A stretch of 62,951 nucleotides of DNA, the filler included, from Bonamia ostreae (lineage: Eukaryota), in NCBI GenBank assembly GCA_040357525.1. It is 19 parts of 19 records of this genome, joined end to end, with 100 filler letters (N's around TTAATTAATTAA, not from the genome) between each part and the next. Parts side by side here need not be neighbours in the genome. Positions count along the whole stretch, not along the records: positions 10,153 to 13,418 come from JBDODL010000553.1; positions 13,519 to 16,781 come from JBDODL010000554.1; positions 16,882 to 20,137 come from JBDODL010000555.1; positions 20,238 to 23,490 come from JBDODL010000556.1; positions 23,591 to 26,828 come from JBDODL010000557.1; 14 more parts are not named here. The stretch is one strand, 5' to 3'. Numbering within the stretch: the first letter of the stretch is position 1; each line of letters begins with the position of its first letter. The position numbers were made by a program, and so were the translations under genes. Below, piece by piece: positions 12,683 to 25,700 of this stretch. The notes under the pieces were generated by a model that worked only from the letters and a program-made list of their open reading frames with translations, had not been told where the DNA came from and ran no database searches.

Positions 12683-13262
12683 TTGTATGTTATTACTTGT
12701 TTTACAATCTTCGCCATTATCACAAAAAACGACAATTACAAAACACACGAATATAATGTATTCTTATATAATAATTTAAGCTTGTTATCCATTGATTTAA
12801 TGAAATGGATTCATGAAATATTTAATCAACTCTCGCCACTTTGCTTTTCATCTTTTGGAGATGGGACGATTTTTCGTTTTGGAATATTTTTTAGAAAAAA
12901 TCCAAATCGCTCTAACGAATCCAATTTAATAAATCGTAGCCCTGATTTAAGCTTGCTTTAAATTAATTATACGTCTGAAAAATAAAATCGTATAAATTAT
13001 AAAAATTATTCAAATTTATTTTGAGCTACGGCTTTAAAAATCACTAATATAAAACTCTTTTTTCGTTTTTTCGTTATAAAAACATTCCGCTTATTCCGAA
13101 AAGAGCTTCACATTAATTAGCGTTTTTCTGTATAACAACTCGATATTTGAGCAGAAAAACGTTATCGGAAAAATAACCACAACAAAAAGGTTTGCCTTTC
13201 ATAACCGGGACGTTACCCGGCGCGATATATAATAAAGCTTTGCTAATTTTTGGCTAAAAAGC

Positions 13263-13418
13263 ATGGACTCCGCTTCTGGCGAGATTGATGTTTCCACCCG
13301 TGAAAATGTCCTTTCGGCTCGTGCAGAATTGAAACGTTTAGAAACCTTTAAAGGAGCGGATGTCGTTTTCGGGGCAAACATTTTGTCTCGGATAACACCT
13401 CGTTTCGGAATCAAAGTT
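13263..13418 (+). CDS. First exon of an unidentified gene (truncated)
   Basis: ATG-initiated ORF running to the contig end. Confidence 0.3.
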
Positions 13419-13580
13419 NNNNNNNNNNNNNNNNNNNNNNNNNNNNNNNNNNNNNNNNNNNNTTAATTAATTAANNNNNNNNNNNNNNNNNNNNNNNNNN
13501 NNNNNNNNNNNNNNNNNNTTAAAATACATTGTTACACAAAATCCATATTCACATTTATTTAATCCGTTTTTACACAAAAG

Positions 13581-14697
13581 CCGTTTATTCGCACTCGCGA
13601 GTTCTTGTGGCAAGAAGGCCACAGCGCCTTCGAAACAAAGGCGCAAGCAGACGACGAGGTTCTGGACATTCTAGACATCTATTCTCGCGTCTACGAAGAC
13701 CTGCTAGCCGTGCCGGTCATCAAAGGGCGCAAAACTGAAGTCGAAAAGTTGCAACTTAAAAATCGAAAAGGTTCCCGGGCGCGGATTTCACGACAACAGT
13801 AGAGACCTTCATTCCCGAGACGGGGCGCTCGATCCAAGGCGCCACGTCCCACGCGCTGGGCCAAAACTTTGGCAAAATCTTCAAGATCGAGTTCGAAGAC
13901 GAGAGCAGGAAAAAGAAAATCCCCTTCCAGAATTCGTGGGGACTGACCACGCGGTCCATCGGCGCGATGCTGATGACGCACGGAGACGACAAGGGGGCCG
14001 TCCTGCCGCCCAAGGTGGCTAGGCACCAAGTGGTGATCGTCCCCATCTTCACGAAGCGCCTCCTGGACAGCCCTGCTCTCTTCCGGCAGCACTACATGGA
14101 CCTGCTCAACGTTCTCAGAAAGGAGAACTTGAGGGCCATCGTCGACGAACGGCGGTTTCTTTTCTAACGCGCGCAGGAACTACAACCCGGGCTGGAAGTA
14201 CAACCATTGGGAGCTGAAAGGCGTCCCGCTCAGAGTAGAGTTCGGGCCGAAGGACCTGGAGAGAAGGAAGTGCGTGTTGGTGCGGAGAGACGACAACAGC
14301 AAAGCGGAAATCGACTTGCACGACGCGGCCAGGAAGATCGGCGCGGCGTTGGAAGAGATCCAGAAAAATTTGTATCGGAAAGCGAGCGAGAAAATGGATC
14401 GCTGCAAGCGAGAGGCCTTGCACTGGAGCACTTTCGAAAACGCCCTGAAAGACAAGTGCTTCGCGGAAGTCCCGTTCTGCAACGAAAAAGACTGCGAAGA
14501 GTCGGTCAAAGAGCGTTCTCATGTCGAGTCCGACGAGAAGAGTGTGCCGACAGGTTTGCATTGGATTGATCTGCAACAAAGGGTCCGCCAAGTCTCTCTG
14601 CGTTCCGTTTGCGCAGAAGAAACTGCCGCGAGACATTAAATGCTTTGCGTGCGACCGAAAAGCGGTTAATTGGACGTTGTTCGGAAGAAGTTACTGA
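13581..14697 (+). CDS. ProRS: Prolyl-tRNA synthetase (eukaryote/archaeal type), C-terminal part
   Basis: [56 protein letters not shown]-terminal LFGRSY*; introns 13748-13770, 14155-14176, 14554-14581. Confidence 0.96.
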
Positions 14698-14936
14698 CGA
14701 TTAAATTTGCCTTGTGCTTTTTTTCTAATTTGGAAATTTAAAATTTTTCTGTTGTTGCCTTTTTCTGTTGTTCTTCAATCCGTCGACAATATCGCTCTTC
14801 GATTAATTATGATTTTGCCTTCAATAGCAATATTTAATGATCTGTGAAAACAAAGATTTTTACATGTTCGAAATTTAATAAAGTGGAAGAGGCATTTTAT
14901 TTTTTGCGCTCTTTTTATCTTTTAAAGACGAGTCTT

Positions 14937-15016
14937 TTGCTGTCGTTTTTCAATTAGAAAGTTGACAAACCTTTATTGCTGTCGTTTTTCAATTAGAAAG
15001 TTGACAAACCTTTATT
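14937..15016 (+). repeat. Perfect 39-bp tandem duplication in the ProRS-SLU7 intergenic region
   Basis: TTGCTGTCGTTTTTCAATTAGAAAGTTGACAAACCTTTA x2. Confidence 0.9.
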
Positions 15017-15245
15017 CCAATTTGAAATTTTCTGCGTTTTTCTGCCATTTTCGTCTTTAAAACTGAAAATTTACAAAGACGCGGAACATGGCACCGTCGA
15101 AACTTTTTGCGTTGGTAAAAATGGCATTAATAAAATCTCTCCATTTTTTTAAATCGAAACGGCCGCTCTCAATTTTGACGAAAACCAAAATATTCTGTCA
15201 ACGCGGCAGCGTTTAGTTTTAGCCAAAGCAATATAATTTCACGTA

Positions 15246-16600
15246 ATGTCGAGTCTTCAGAGATTGACTCGAGAGGACTACAAGAGGAAAAAGGAGTTGG
15301 ACGAGCTGCGCAAAGCAGGAGCGGCGCCTGCTGAAGTCGACGACGAAGGAAACATGATCAACCCCCACATTCCCCAGTACATGGCCGAAGCTCCATGTTT
15401 AGTTCTTGACATAACAGGGTACGTCTCCGACGGGCGCCCCGGGCTGCGGCACTTGAAAAAATTCGCGAGCGACGCGAACAAGGCCGGTTTCCACGAACGC
15501 GCGAAACGCGGGGCGGCGAAGAAGACCGCGCGGCGCTACCGTCCTGGCGCTTGCCGGAACTGCGGGGCGATGGGGCACAGCGCTCGCGAGTGCTGTGAAC
15601 GCCCGAGGAAGCGCGGGGCCAGATGGACAGGCGAAGACATAAAGCCCGACCGAATCCAAAGCAGCGCGCCAGATTTCGATTACGACGGGAAGCGAGACAG
15701 ATGGAGAGAATACGACTTGGACGAACACAAAAAACTCGTAAAATGTTTTCCTGCCCAAAACAAAAGTTTCGGAAAGAGTGGACGCGGCCAGGAAGGAGAA
15801 ACAGGATCGGGTGATGGACGAAATGATAATGGGAGATGTTATTTACAAAAACTTTAAGAGCGAAAAAAACTTGATGCAAGTGGGGAGCGTGGACGGAGAC
15901 AACATAAAGGACCCGGGGCTCACTCTGCAGATAATGAACGAAAAGAAGCGGCAGACGGTGCGCAATCTCAGAACGAGAGAAGACACTGCGAAGTACCTTC
16001 TCAATCTCGACCCGAATTCCGCTTTCTACGACCCGAAGACTCGCTCGATGCGTTCCAACCCTTTCGCCGATGTGGCCGGAACGTCCTCAAACTACATCGG
16101 CGACAATTTCACCCGCGTTTCGGGCGACGCGGAGAAGTTCATGCGACAGGACCAACTCGCCGGAATCGTTTTAAACTACACTTTTAGCTCGACAGAAAAG
16201 GACTGGAGTCTCAGAAGGGGATTGCGCAAATGGCGTCCAATCCGACAAAATCGGAAATGGTGGTAAAGAAATTTGTGGGTAAACTCGACAAATCGAAGAA
16301 CAGCAGCCACAGCAAACTCAGTTTAAATAGTTAATTCTAGTGCGTAAATATGGCGGGGCAGAGCATTTCGAGAAAATTGGAGTTCCAACAGAAACTTTCA
16401 AGTACAGAGAATTCGACGAAGCTGGAAATGAAAAAGCTTTAAGTTTTGAGAGTGCTGCAAAAACCAAATATTTAGAGGATGCGCTGGAAGGAGGGCACTC
16501 TGAAATCTGGGGTTCGTTTTACGACAAAAAAAGTGATTCGTGGGGATTCGCTTGTTGTCATTCTTTGAAAAGAGCAAATGTTTGCAAGGGGATTATATAA
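15246..16600 (+). CDS. SLU7: Pre-mRNA splicing factor SLU7
   Basis: INPHIPQY; zinc knuckle [55 protein letters not shown]; introns 15397-15417 and 15745-15766. Confidence 0.96.
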
Positions 16601-16935
16601 TGGACATAATAAACATTTACTACATGTTTACAAGTGTATGTTGATTTCTTGGGAAGGTTTTGATTTTCAACTTGTTTGTCGTCAAAAACGGGAGGTGTTA
16701 TTTGCTCTTCTTTTTTCTCTTCTATTTGGGTTGACTTTGCGACTGCCAATTATATTGTCTGCTTCATATCTCTTGCATTCANNNNNNNNNNNNNNNNNNN
16801 NNNNNNNNNNNNNNNNNNNNNNNNNTTAATTAATTAANNNNNNNNNNNNNNNNNNNNNNNNNNNNNNNNNNNNNNNNNNNNATGAAATATTATCAAAAAT
16901 TAATAAAATATTATGCAATAAAAAATTTAGGGGTA

Positions 16936-18782
16936 ATGGCCAAAAAAAGCAAAACACGTTTAAAATTTTGATTTAAACAGATCGCGCCGCCTCGATTGAG
17001 GCGAAAATAAACAATTTTGCAATAACGCCGTCGATCTCAAGAAACAAGGAACCAATGAAAAATTCTGCCTTAAAAAAGTTAGGCCCCCCTTTGCGCGTGA
17101 AAACAGATGTCGATTCGTTCGGAGAACTAAACAGCGCCAAAAAAACAACAACACAACTTTTTCAAAAAAATAAAGAAATATCGATAAAAGATTATTCCCA
17201 AAAAAGAAACTACGACGCATCCGAAAAAAGGAGAGATAGAAGTTTGGAAAACAACAAAAACGAAATAATTCTAAAAACACCAATTTTAAGCCAACCCAAA
17301 TCAGCTTTAAAATTAATCACAAATAAATTGGAAAAATCAAAAATGCCTTTAAAATCGATTAAAACGACAAATCGAAAAATCGATTTTGAACAAAATTTAA
17401 AAAATTCGCGAGAACGTGCAAAATCTCCGAATTATTTTAACAGAAAAAAAGTCAACTTTCTAAAATTGGAAACGGAAATCCGAATTAAAAAACCTGTTAA
17501 CAAGCTATCGCCTCAAAAAGAGGCTCGCGCATCCGCTTCAGTCGCACAGCCAACTTCATCAACAGGGCGATCCAAAAAACGCAGCAGAGAGAGATCGATG
17601 ACCCTCCAAACTTTGATGGGAATCTCTAGCCGCAACATTGTAAAGAAAACTTTCGAAAACGGCAAAACCATTTTCGTTTTCGTTGTGCGAGGCCAAAATT
17701 ACGTGGCCAAAACCCAAATCGGTATTGGAGGGTATTCCTGCGTTTACCGAGTAATCATTTTTAAGCTAAAATTTCGGATTTTTGTATTTGGATATTTTAG
17801 TTTTAATGACCAAATTGATATTTAAGTTTTAATGACCAAATTGATATTTTAGTTTTCGAATGTAAACAGCTCTAATTAGATTTTAGACACAATTTGAGCT
17901 GGTTTGAAGCCAATTTGATAAAGTCTTTAACGATGAAATTTAATAGGTAATGTCTTTAACGTCGCGAAAGGCGTTTGCGTTAAAGCACATACAAATTAAA
18001 AACCCCTCCATAATAGCTAATTTTGAGAGGGAAATTGAGTTGTTGGAAAAACTGCAAGGGGAAGGATCTATAATTAGTCTGATAGACCATGAAAGAGACT
18101 ACGAAAGTCAGCACATTTTCATGGTCTTTGAACTAGCAGAGAGCGACATGGCTGAATTTTTAAAAGCAAACGCTCCTCTTAAACTTTACAGCGCGCGATA
18201 TTTTTGGGGCCAAATGGTCGACGCGGTTAGAGTTTTGCATAAAGTTTGCAAATTGCTATCTAAAAGTCAAGAATAGTGCACAAGGATTTAAAGCCGCAAA
18301 ACTTTGTGTTGATAAACACTTCGGTAAAACTGATCGATTTCGGGTTGGCCAATACCGTTTCGGAAATGACCACGCATATTTACAACGAAAAAACTGTTTT
18401 GACATTCATTCGAAAAGGAAGGAACTCCTAGCTACATGGCCCCCGAGTGCTTTGAGACTCGCGATGGAAAAGTTGCGATAAGCCGTGGAGCCGATGTCTG
18501 GTCGTTGGGCATCATCTTGTTTGAAATGTTGGTCGGCCACACACCTTTTAGCGACTTGAAAGGATTTGCGAAATGCAACGCGATTGTCAGTGAAGCGGCG
18601 ATGCCGCTTCATCTCATCAAAGATCCTTTAGTTTTAGATTTGGTCAAGATGTTTTTACAATATTCAAAAAAAGGTGTTTGCGTCGATCGCCTGAAAAACG
18701 CCCCTCCGCGGAGCAAATTTTAAAGCATCCGTTTTTAGCTATTTGTCGAAGAGAATGTTGCACCAATAATCAATTTGAGTAA
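16936..18782 (+). CDS. MPS1: Mps1/TTK-like protein kinase
   Basis: IGIGGYSCVY, FALK, YFWGQMVDAV, IVHKDLKPQNF, KLIDFG, GTPSYMAPE, ISRGADVWSLG; C-terminal kinase domain after a long basic N-terminus. Confidence 0.75.
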
Positions 18783-19244
18783 ATTTTTTATTTTCATTAT
18801 TTGTTTCAGATTGTTATTTTTAAGATTGTTCGCTCTGATCGTTTGTTATATTTCTAAAACTGATTTGTAAAAATCTTCATTTGTCGTTCTGCTCTGAATT
18901 TTTAATTTTCGTATTCATAAAAATTTGTATCTTCGAGATTGATAAAATCTTCTGTCCAAATTAAACACATATCCAAATTAAAAACGTAAGTTGTGCCATT
19001 CAAATAAGAAACCGCACAGGACATAATTGAGATTTAGCAAAGATTGCAACATAAAGAAAAGAGCAACATAAAAACTATGGAACCAAAGAATGAGATCGTT
19101 CCCTCCTTGACACTGTCTCCTTAGAAGACTGCGAAACGTAAAAAATTGCCGATTAACAATGATCGATTATAGTCAAACTGGCTAAGCCATTTTACTAGTT
19201 TCAGCATATTAAATCGCCATAAAATTAAGTTTTTTAAAGGAATT

Positions 19245-20137
19245 ATGACTGAATTGGAAGACATTAAAAAAGTTCAGGAGGTCAAAAATCTTTTCGAATT
19301 CTGGTTTGGAGACTCCAACCTTCCATACGACAAATATTTCAAGAAATACCTTGAAAACCAAGACGGCTGTAACATTTAATTTACAAAAGGGGTTCCAATC
19401 AAAAATTTTTTTGATTTCAACAAAATCAAAAAATTGCAAATCGAAAATCCCGAAACTTTGGTCAAAGCCGTCAAACTTTCGACCGATCTGTTAAGTCTCA
19501 ATGAAAAAGAAGACTCGGTAAAACGGATAAAGCCAATGCCCTCGAAAGAAGACATAGAGAAGAGACTCGAAAGAACATTTTATTTTGTAATTTTGTTAAC
19601 AAAACAAAAAGAAAATCGAAAGAAACGACGACGGCGAAACCAAAATCGACGAAGAATTGGTTAAAAGCGAATTCGAAAAGTTCGGAAAACTCAATTTGTA
19701 CAGATTCTACAAAATCGGAAACAAGAACAAAAACGTTTGAATTTTGCAATAAAAGCGAAATGACGGAATAGTCGAATTCTCGACTTCCGAAGAAGCCGAA
19801 AACGCCAAAAAATCTCTCAAAAATTTTCAAAAATCAACAGATTCAAAAAACGCCAAATTCAGTTTGGTTTCTTTGGCAGAGCAAGAAAGACAAAAAATTG
19901 ACGAAGAAAGAAAAAAACTTTTGAAAAATTTTGATATGAACAAAATCGTTTTGATAGAAAATATGCCAACGGACATTGATATCTTCAAGCTTAAACAGAT
20001 TTTAACCTCTGCGATCCAGAAAAACGAAAAAGTCGACAAAACGGGCCAATCGAATAAAAAAATAAAATTGAATCCGAAGAGCGATATTAAAGACGACCAA
20101 AACATCAAAAATAAAAATGAAAAAAACAATAAAAAAA
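19245..20137 (+). CDS. La-motif RNA-binding protein (La/SSB-like), 3' truncated
   Basis: FEFWFGDSNLPYDKYF...GWVPI...FNKI after splicing, followed by an RRM-like region. Confidence 0.85.
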
Positions 20138-20879
20138 NNNNNNNNNNNNNNNNNNNNNNNNNNNNNNNNNNNNNNNNNNNNTTAATTAATTAANNNNNNN
20201 NNNNNNNNNNNNNNNNNNNNNNNNNNNNNNNNNNNNNTGTGAATCAGGCTCTTTAAAATAAGTTGTTCGTAATTGAAATTGCTACAAAGACGAGTCTGAT
20301 TCCTTACACTTGTATGGTAGGGATGGGGACCGCACCAAACTAACAAAAAGCCACGTAGCCGTGATATTACGAATTTGAATAGCTATTACTTAACCGACCT
20401 GGAATGATTTTAAAATGTTTAACAAAAATAATTGTGGGGATATTAGTTCACGTCTAGACGTTCTTGTGTAAATATGAAAATTAACCGAGATTCGAGAGTA
20501 CAGAGTACAGCGACTGCTTAGGTACTCTTAGTGTCATCATGTCCAAGTATCGTGATACATATGTTATTCTCACAGCGGTTGATATGAAACCCGCACTGTT
20601 AGAAAACAGAACCAATTGTCAAGACAAACTCCTCAGAGAGTTCATACATGATGAAATACTTCATAATTTGGCTTGCGGGCTCTCGCGTTACAATTGCACA
20701 TGTAAATGCGACTTTTCAAATACTGGTTATTTTGTAAAGGTATTTCATGTCCACTGTTGCAATTGGTGAACATTTTCAATTATTGGATGGTGTCCATGAC
20801 AATACCTCATCACATATTATTTCACTAAATATCAATGTTATAAACTACGAACGAAAAAATCAAATAAATCCGTAAAAAG

Positions 20880-22500
20880 TGGGAAAAGTGTGACAATCTG
20901 CGATATGACTAGTTCAAGAAAGTGTAATTCAACGTAGGATCTCTTCGCCGACATACATTGCTGAGCTCATATTTCAACTGCATGGTGCTCTCCTCGAAGC
21001 AGAGGATATGACTGTTCCCAAGAAGATTGTGAGTCTCTAAAGTCCAAAGTGGAAAGTTGCCAAAGACATTCTAAATCATGGAGAGGAGGTTTATCCAGTT
21101 TGGCTCGAACAAGGCAAGCCAGATCTTAAGCATTCAACTTGAATATTGCTCAAACCTTCGAAGCGTAGGCAGCAAAAACAACAAAGAATAGAAAGAACAA
21201 TGGAAAGGAAGACTAGTGAAGAATAGACTATCAAGACAAGCTATAACACCATTTTACACGTTCTCTGTGGTTTATTCATACATGAAATAAATCATATAGC
21301 TATGGAGATCAACAGAAATATGATGTGCTTGATCAATATAAAAACCAACTTATGACGTTATACGTGGACATTTAGTGCCGATGACACATGTAAAGAGTTT
21401 AACTGTATTATACAAATATAAACCAAATATGGAGTGATTAAGGGATATGCTTTGGAATGTACGTATATATGAAACAGCGATAATTTATCGATGTCATGAA
21501 GGTATGCTGATTTTATCAATTTATAATTTTTTCAACTGAAGAAAAAATTTCATTGAGCTTGTCAGTTCGATTTTCCTTGACATATACCGAATTAAAACGG
21601 CAAAAGTATAATACTACACCTGATAATTTCAAAGTGATAAGTAACATACATGGGAATCGTCTGTTTATAAGGTTTTAAAGAATACTGTAGAACATCAGTG
21701 TATTGTGGAAAAAAAAAACTTGAACGTTTTTGTGTTGAAATGTTTAATAATCATTTATCACTTTTACCGTTAATATCGTCAATTTAATCAATGTTTGAAC
21801 CCTGGGGTGGTGTTGTACATTTTTATTTACCATTGCGGTACAATCGTGATCTATTTTAATGGTCACGTGATAACGTCATACAGAAACACATATTTGCTAT
21901 CTTGTTCTGATATACGATGTTCCAATGTAAATAATATAACAAAATAGCTTTAAAATGTCACATAGCTTCATCCCTACATTAAGGGCACATTTGAAAGACT
22001 GTATAATTTGCATGCATAAATGGAATATGACCTGCCTTAGTACATCAACATAGGTATAAAAATAATATATTCCGTGTAATTGATGGCTGTCATTGCAATA
22101 CCCAACGTGCTGTATTATTTGTAAACCAGGCATATTCTCATTGGTTTAATGTTGAGAAAGATGTCAGACAAGGGGGTTCTTATCAACTTTTCTAAATCTT
22201 GTCTTCATCAATGTATTTCTAGAAGAATCGATAGTTAAAATCAGTATCATTAAGACCCAAGGTACAGGACTCCTGCGATGCCTGATATAATTTCCTACAT
22301 TGCTGTAGAATATAATGAGTACGGCTTTGAATAATGTATGCAGGTGGCGATTCAAATTTAACGCAGCTAAACCAGGTATTGTGGCATTCCTAGGAAAGGC
22401 ACAGAAACTAAATATCAAACAATTCATTCGCCTTAAAAACAACACTGAAATCCCTTTTCACCAAACATATAATCACCATGGAATTTTGTTTGTGGAAATA
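20880..22500 (+). mobile_element. Decayed non-LTR (LINE) retrotransposon ORF2/RT remnant in a host-like contig
   Basis: SHWFNVEKDVRQGG.LSTFLNLVFIN near 22136-22211 and WRFKFNAAK...IPFHQTYNHHGI near 22345-22485, broken by stops and frameshifts; boundaries approximate. Confidence 0.75.
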
Positions 22501-22700
22501 TTAAATCCAAAGACCGCATTTCCGCTGCTTCTTGAAAGGGATATATATTGCATTACTTCCATAATTATTATTATAAACATTGTCCTNNNNNNNNNNGTAT
22601 TTTGTTTATAATATTTTTATGCTTCCCTTGTCAACTTTTTATTATAACCTAGGGATAATTTATTTTAAACTTGTTTTTTTAAAATTTGCTTTTTTAATTT

Positions 22701-22745
22701 AATTGAGCCGTCTGTCAACCGATGAATATAACAGACGGCTCAATT
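22701..22745. repeat. Perfect 15-bp inverted repeat with a 15-nt loop
   Basis: AATTGAGCCGTCTGT ... ACAGACGGCTCAATT. Confidence 0.9.
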
Positions 22746-25700
22746 CATTTCAACATGCAATTTGTAAAACCGCTTTAATTCTACCTAAGTTTACGTGCTT
22801 GGATATATGTCAACAAGTTATGAATATCTTACCCAAAATTCCAAAATATACTCTATGAATGGTTATTTGTAGGACGACTCTGTAGAATGGATTCTCGTTG
22901 TCTAGCTAAAATGATTTCCACATCGTGCTGGTTATCCTTTATATGGATTTGGCAGTGGACTAAAATTGGCTTTATCACTGACGCTATTCTCTATACACCA
23001 ATACTTTCTGAACTGGATTTCAAATGGGCAATTTCCTTGCAAATCTTGTTGAAATCAATGGTTCGATCAATAGTACGCCGCTTTCAAACTAACCAAAAGG
23101 GGTCTCTGTACCTTACACAATGGTGAATTTGTACCGTTTAGCACCATATTTTAGTTATAAAAGCCAATTGCTGATTGGAAATTCGTAGAAAGCAGCAACA
23201 AAATTCACAACCTTAGATTTGTCTGCAAAACTTGTGTCAACCAGTTTTCTGTGAAATATGCATTCTTTGCGTAATAAATAGCATTTTCTCACACGCTATT
23301 ACATGTACTTGTTTTCCGCCCATCTCAAATCATTATCATCATAGGTGGAATGTCACCACAAAATCATTTGATATTCACCTTGGGGCTGAACCTGATTGGC
23401 CTTCATCCTCCTAAGACACGCTACTCCATTCGTGTTGTCTAAGGGTCAGGGGATGAATATCCGAAAGTTAAACTGGAAAATATTGTAAAANNNNNNNNNN
23501 NNNNNNNNNNNNNNNNNNNNNNNNNNNNNNNNNNTTAATTAATTAANNNNNNNNNNNNNNNNNNNNNNNNNNNNNNNNNNNNNNNNNNNNCTTCATTTTT
23601 CATCGATACAATTCGGATGCAAAACTTACTGGAGTCTTATACAAAACCATAGCTGAACATTCTTAGCTGTTCAATGTTTTCTTTAAGATCACGTCATTGC
23701 ATTTTGAAGATCCTTGTACTGATTTTATGTTTGTTTCAGAATGTCAGCAGTACGGAAATTACCATGCATTTCTTCTGACGAAAAACTAAACCCAAAGGAA
23801 ATGATTCATATCTGGAGAAAAGAAAAGCATTTGCAAAAAGGATGATAAGAAAACACTATATGGTCAATATAAATAGTAATGGTGTTCATGTGTCTACGTC
23901 AGTGCTATGCTGTTTCAATTCAGTATAATTGATTGCAACCACAAATAGTATCGAAAGTTGGATAAATCTTTCAGTCAGATACGCCACTGCCATCTGTAGT
24001 ATCCCATATAATACAGCTTCACTGCTTGCATCCATATGATAAAGTGATTCAACATGCTTAATGTAAAACAATCGCGTACCAAAATCGATTGTAGTGTCAC
24101 CAAACGCCAAGTTGTTTTACCTAAAAACAAAATGAAACTTTATGGGATGTAGACGCTCTCCAGTGCATAATGCTGTCGATGCGTTTTTAAAGGAAGCTCT
24201 CAATTTGATGAATGCAATTATACATAGTATAGACTTGAGAAGAACGTGCAATCCGCAATACAGAAAAAATCCACGATACTCTCAGAAGAAAACGAGACGG
24301 TGTAGTTATTCTTTCAAGCTCAGTATAACAATTCGGTACATTTAGGAGGGAAGTGCAAGCAATTATCTGTGAAAATCAAAACAGGTATTTCTAACACTGT
24401 TCTAATACTATATTTGAAATGCAGAACGAACTAGGTAAACGTGCAATAAAATCTGTCACCAATATTTCCTTCTGATCCTGGATACAACATACGCTTATAT
24501 ATACAAAAAAACTCTCTATTCCAGAATGTTCGCAAAGGTGTACATACAACTTGTACATACACTGTCATTATGTCAAGCCTATGGTGATTGTGAAGTCGTC
24601 AGTGTCGCTATACCATATTTGTTTTCTGATTTTCAACAATGATACTCACATTTGTAATTGCGGATGACACAAACGAAATAAAGAAATAGACGAAAGAAAA
24701 CCATGGATTATTCCTTTGGAGATCTAAATGATCATCGCAACGAAATGGGGATTTGAATTGAGAAAAAAAGTGAAATGACAGCTTCTTGACAAGACAGACA
24801 TAATTAGCAACACGATAAAGAAACAGAAGAAGACCTGTCACACAAATAAGGTGGGTGGACAAATAAGCCAATACAAGGCTAACATCACTGGAGTTCCTTA
24901 ACAAATCCATTTTTTACAATTTTATTCCATTTGTTGGAAAACATTTATCCATTTATGCTACAATATATAAGCAAACGAATGATACTTGGCCATTTCCAGC
25001 AGAGGCAAACAGACGAGCTCTCTACAGTTATTTCTTAAGTCAAACACATCTTATTTATTTTCTTTCGACACGTGCAATTGTTGAACTTTCAAGTCAAAAC
25101 AAAGTGTTTGTAATTTTCTTTTGCAATGTTGTTATTTTAGTTACGTCATACAAGCAACATGTGTATTGCACGATAAACCCGAAATGTTTCTGAACGTTAA
25201 AAGTCGTACATATTTCAATGTTCAACTAGATCTAAAACATGTTGAGATTTAAAGCGTCCATCATAATGAAATAGCTGTAGCTGTAATGATTGTTTTAACA
25301 ATAAAACACAATGTCATTAGAAATTGATATTTCTTCAAACACACTTGCTCTTTTATAGAAGGAATCGATTTCAAAAACAAAATGCTTTGTAGGAAATAGC
25401 ACTATATTTTTACTACATCCCAATCAGTGTTGTACTATCTATAGTCAGCAATGACCACATGTTGTATGTGCTCTCCTAGATTTTCAGCGACGGTCCGACC
25501 ACTTATCAGAGCTACAACACATTTGTTGTTATTTTTAAACACTNNNNNNNNNNATTCTTTAGTACTAAGTTACATGTAATAAGGGGGATCCCGTACCGCA
25601 TAGCATGTACTAAAAGTATCTTGCATGTTGCAATCAACCAATCCATTTGCCTTCTAAAACTCATAATGAAATCCAACACTAATATGATGTTAAGAACACC

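Noticed and set aside
23886-24910. Hydrophobic minus-strand ORFs as a host chemoreceptor-like pseudogene
   Set aside because: No recognisable motif; cannot be supported by eye
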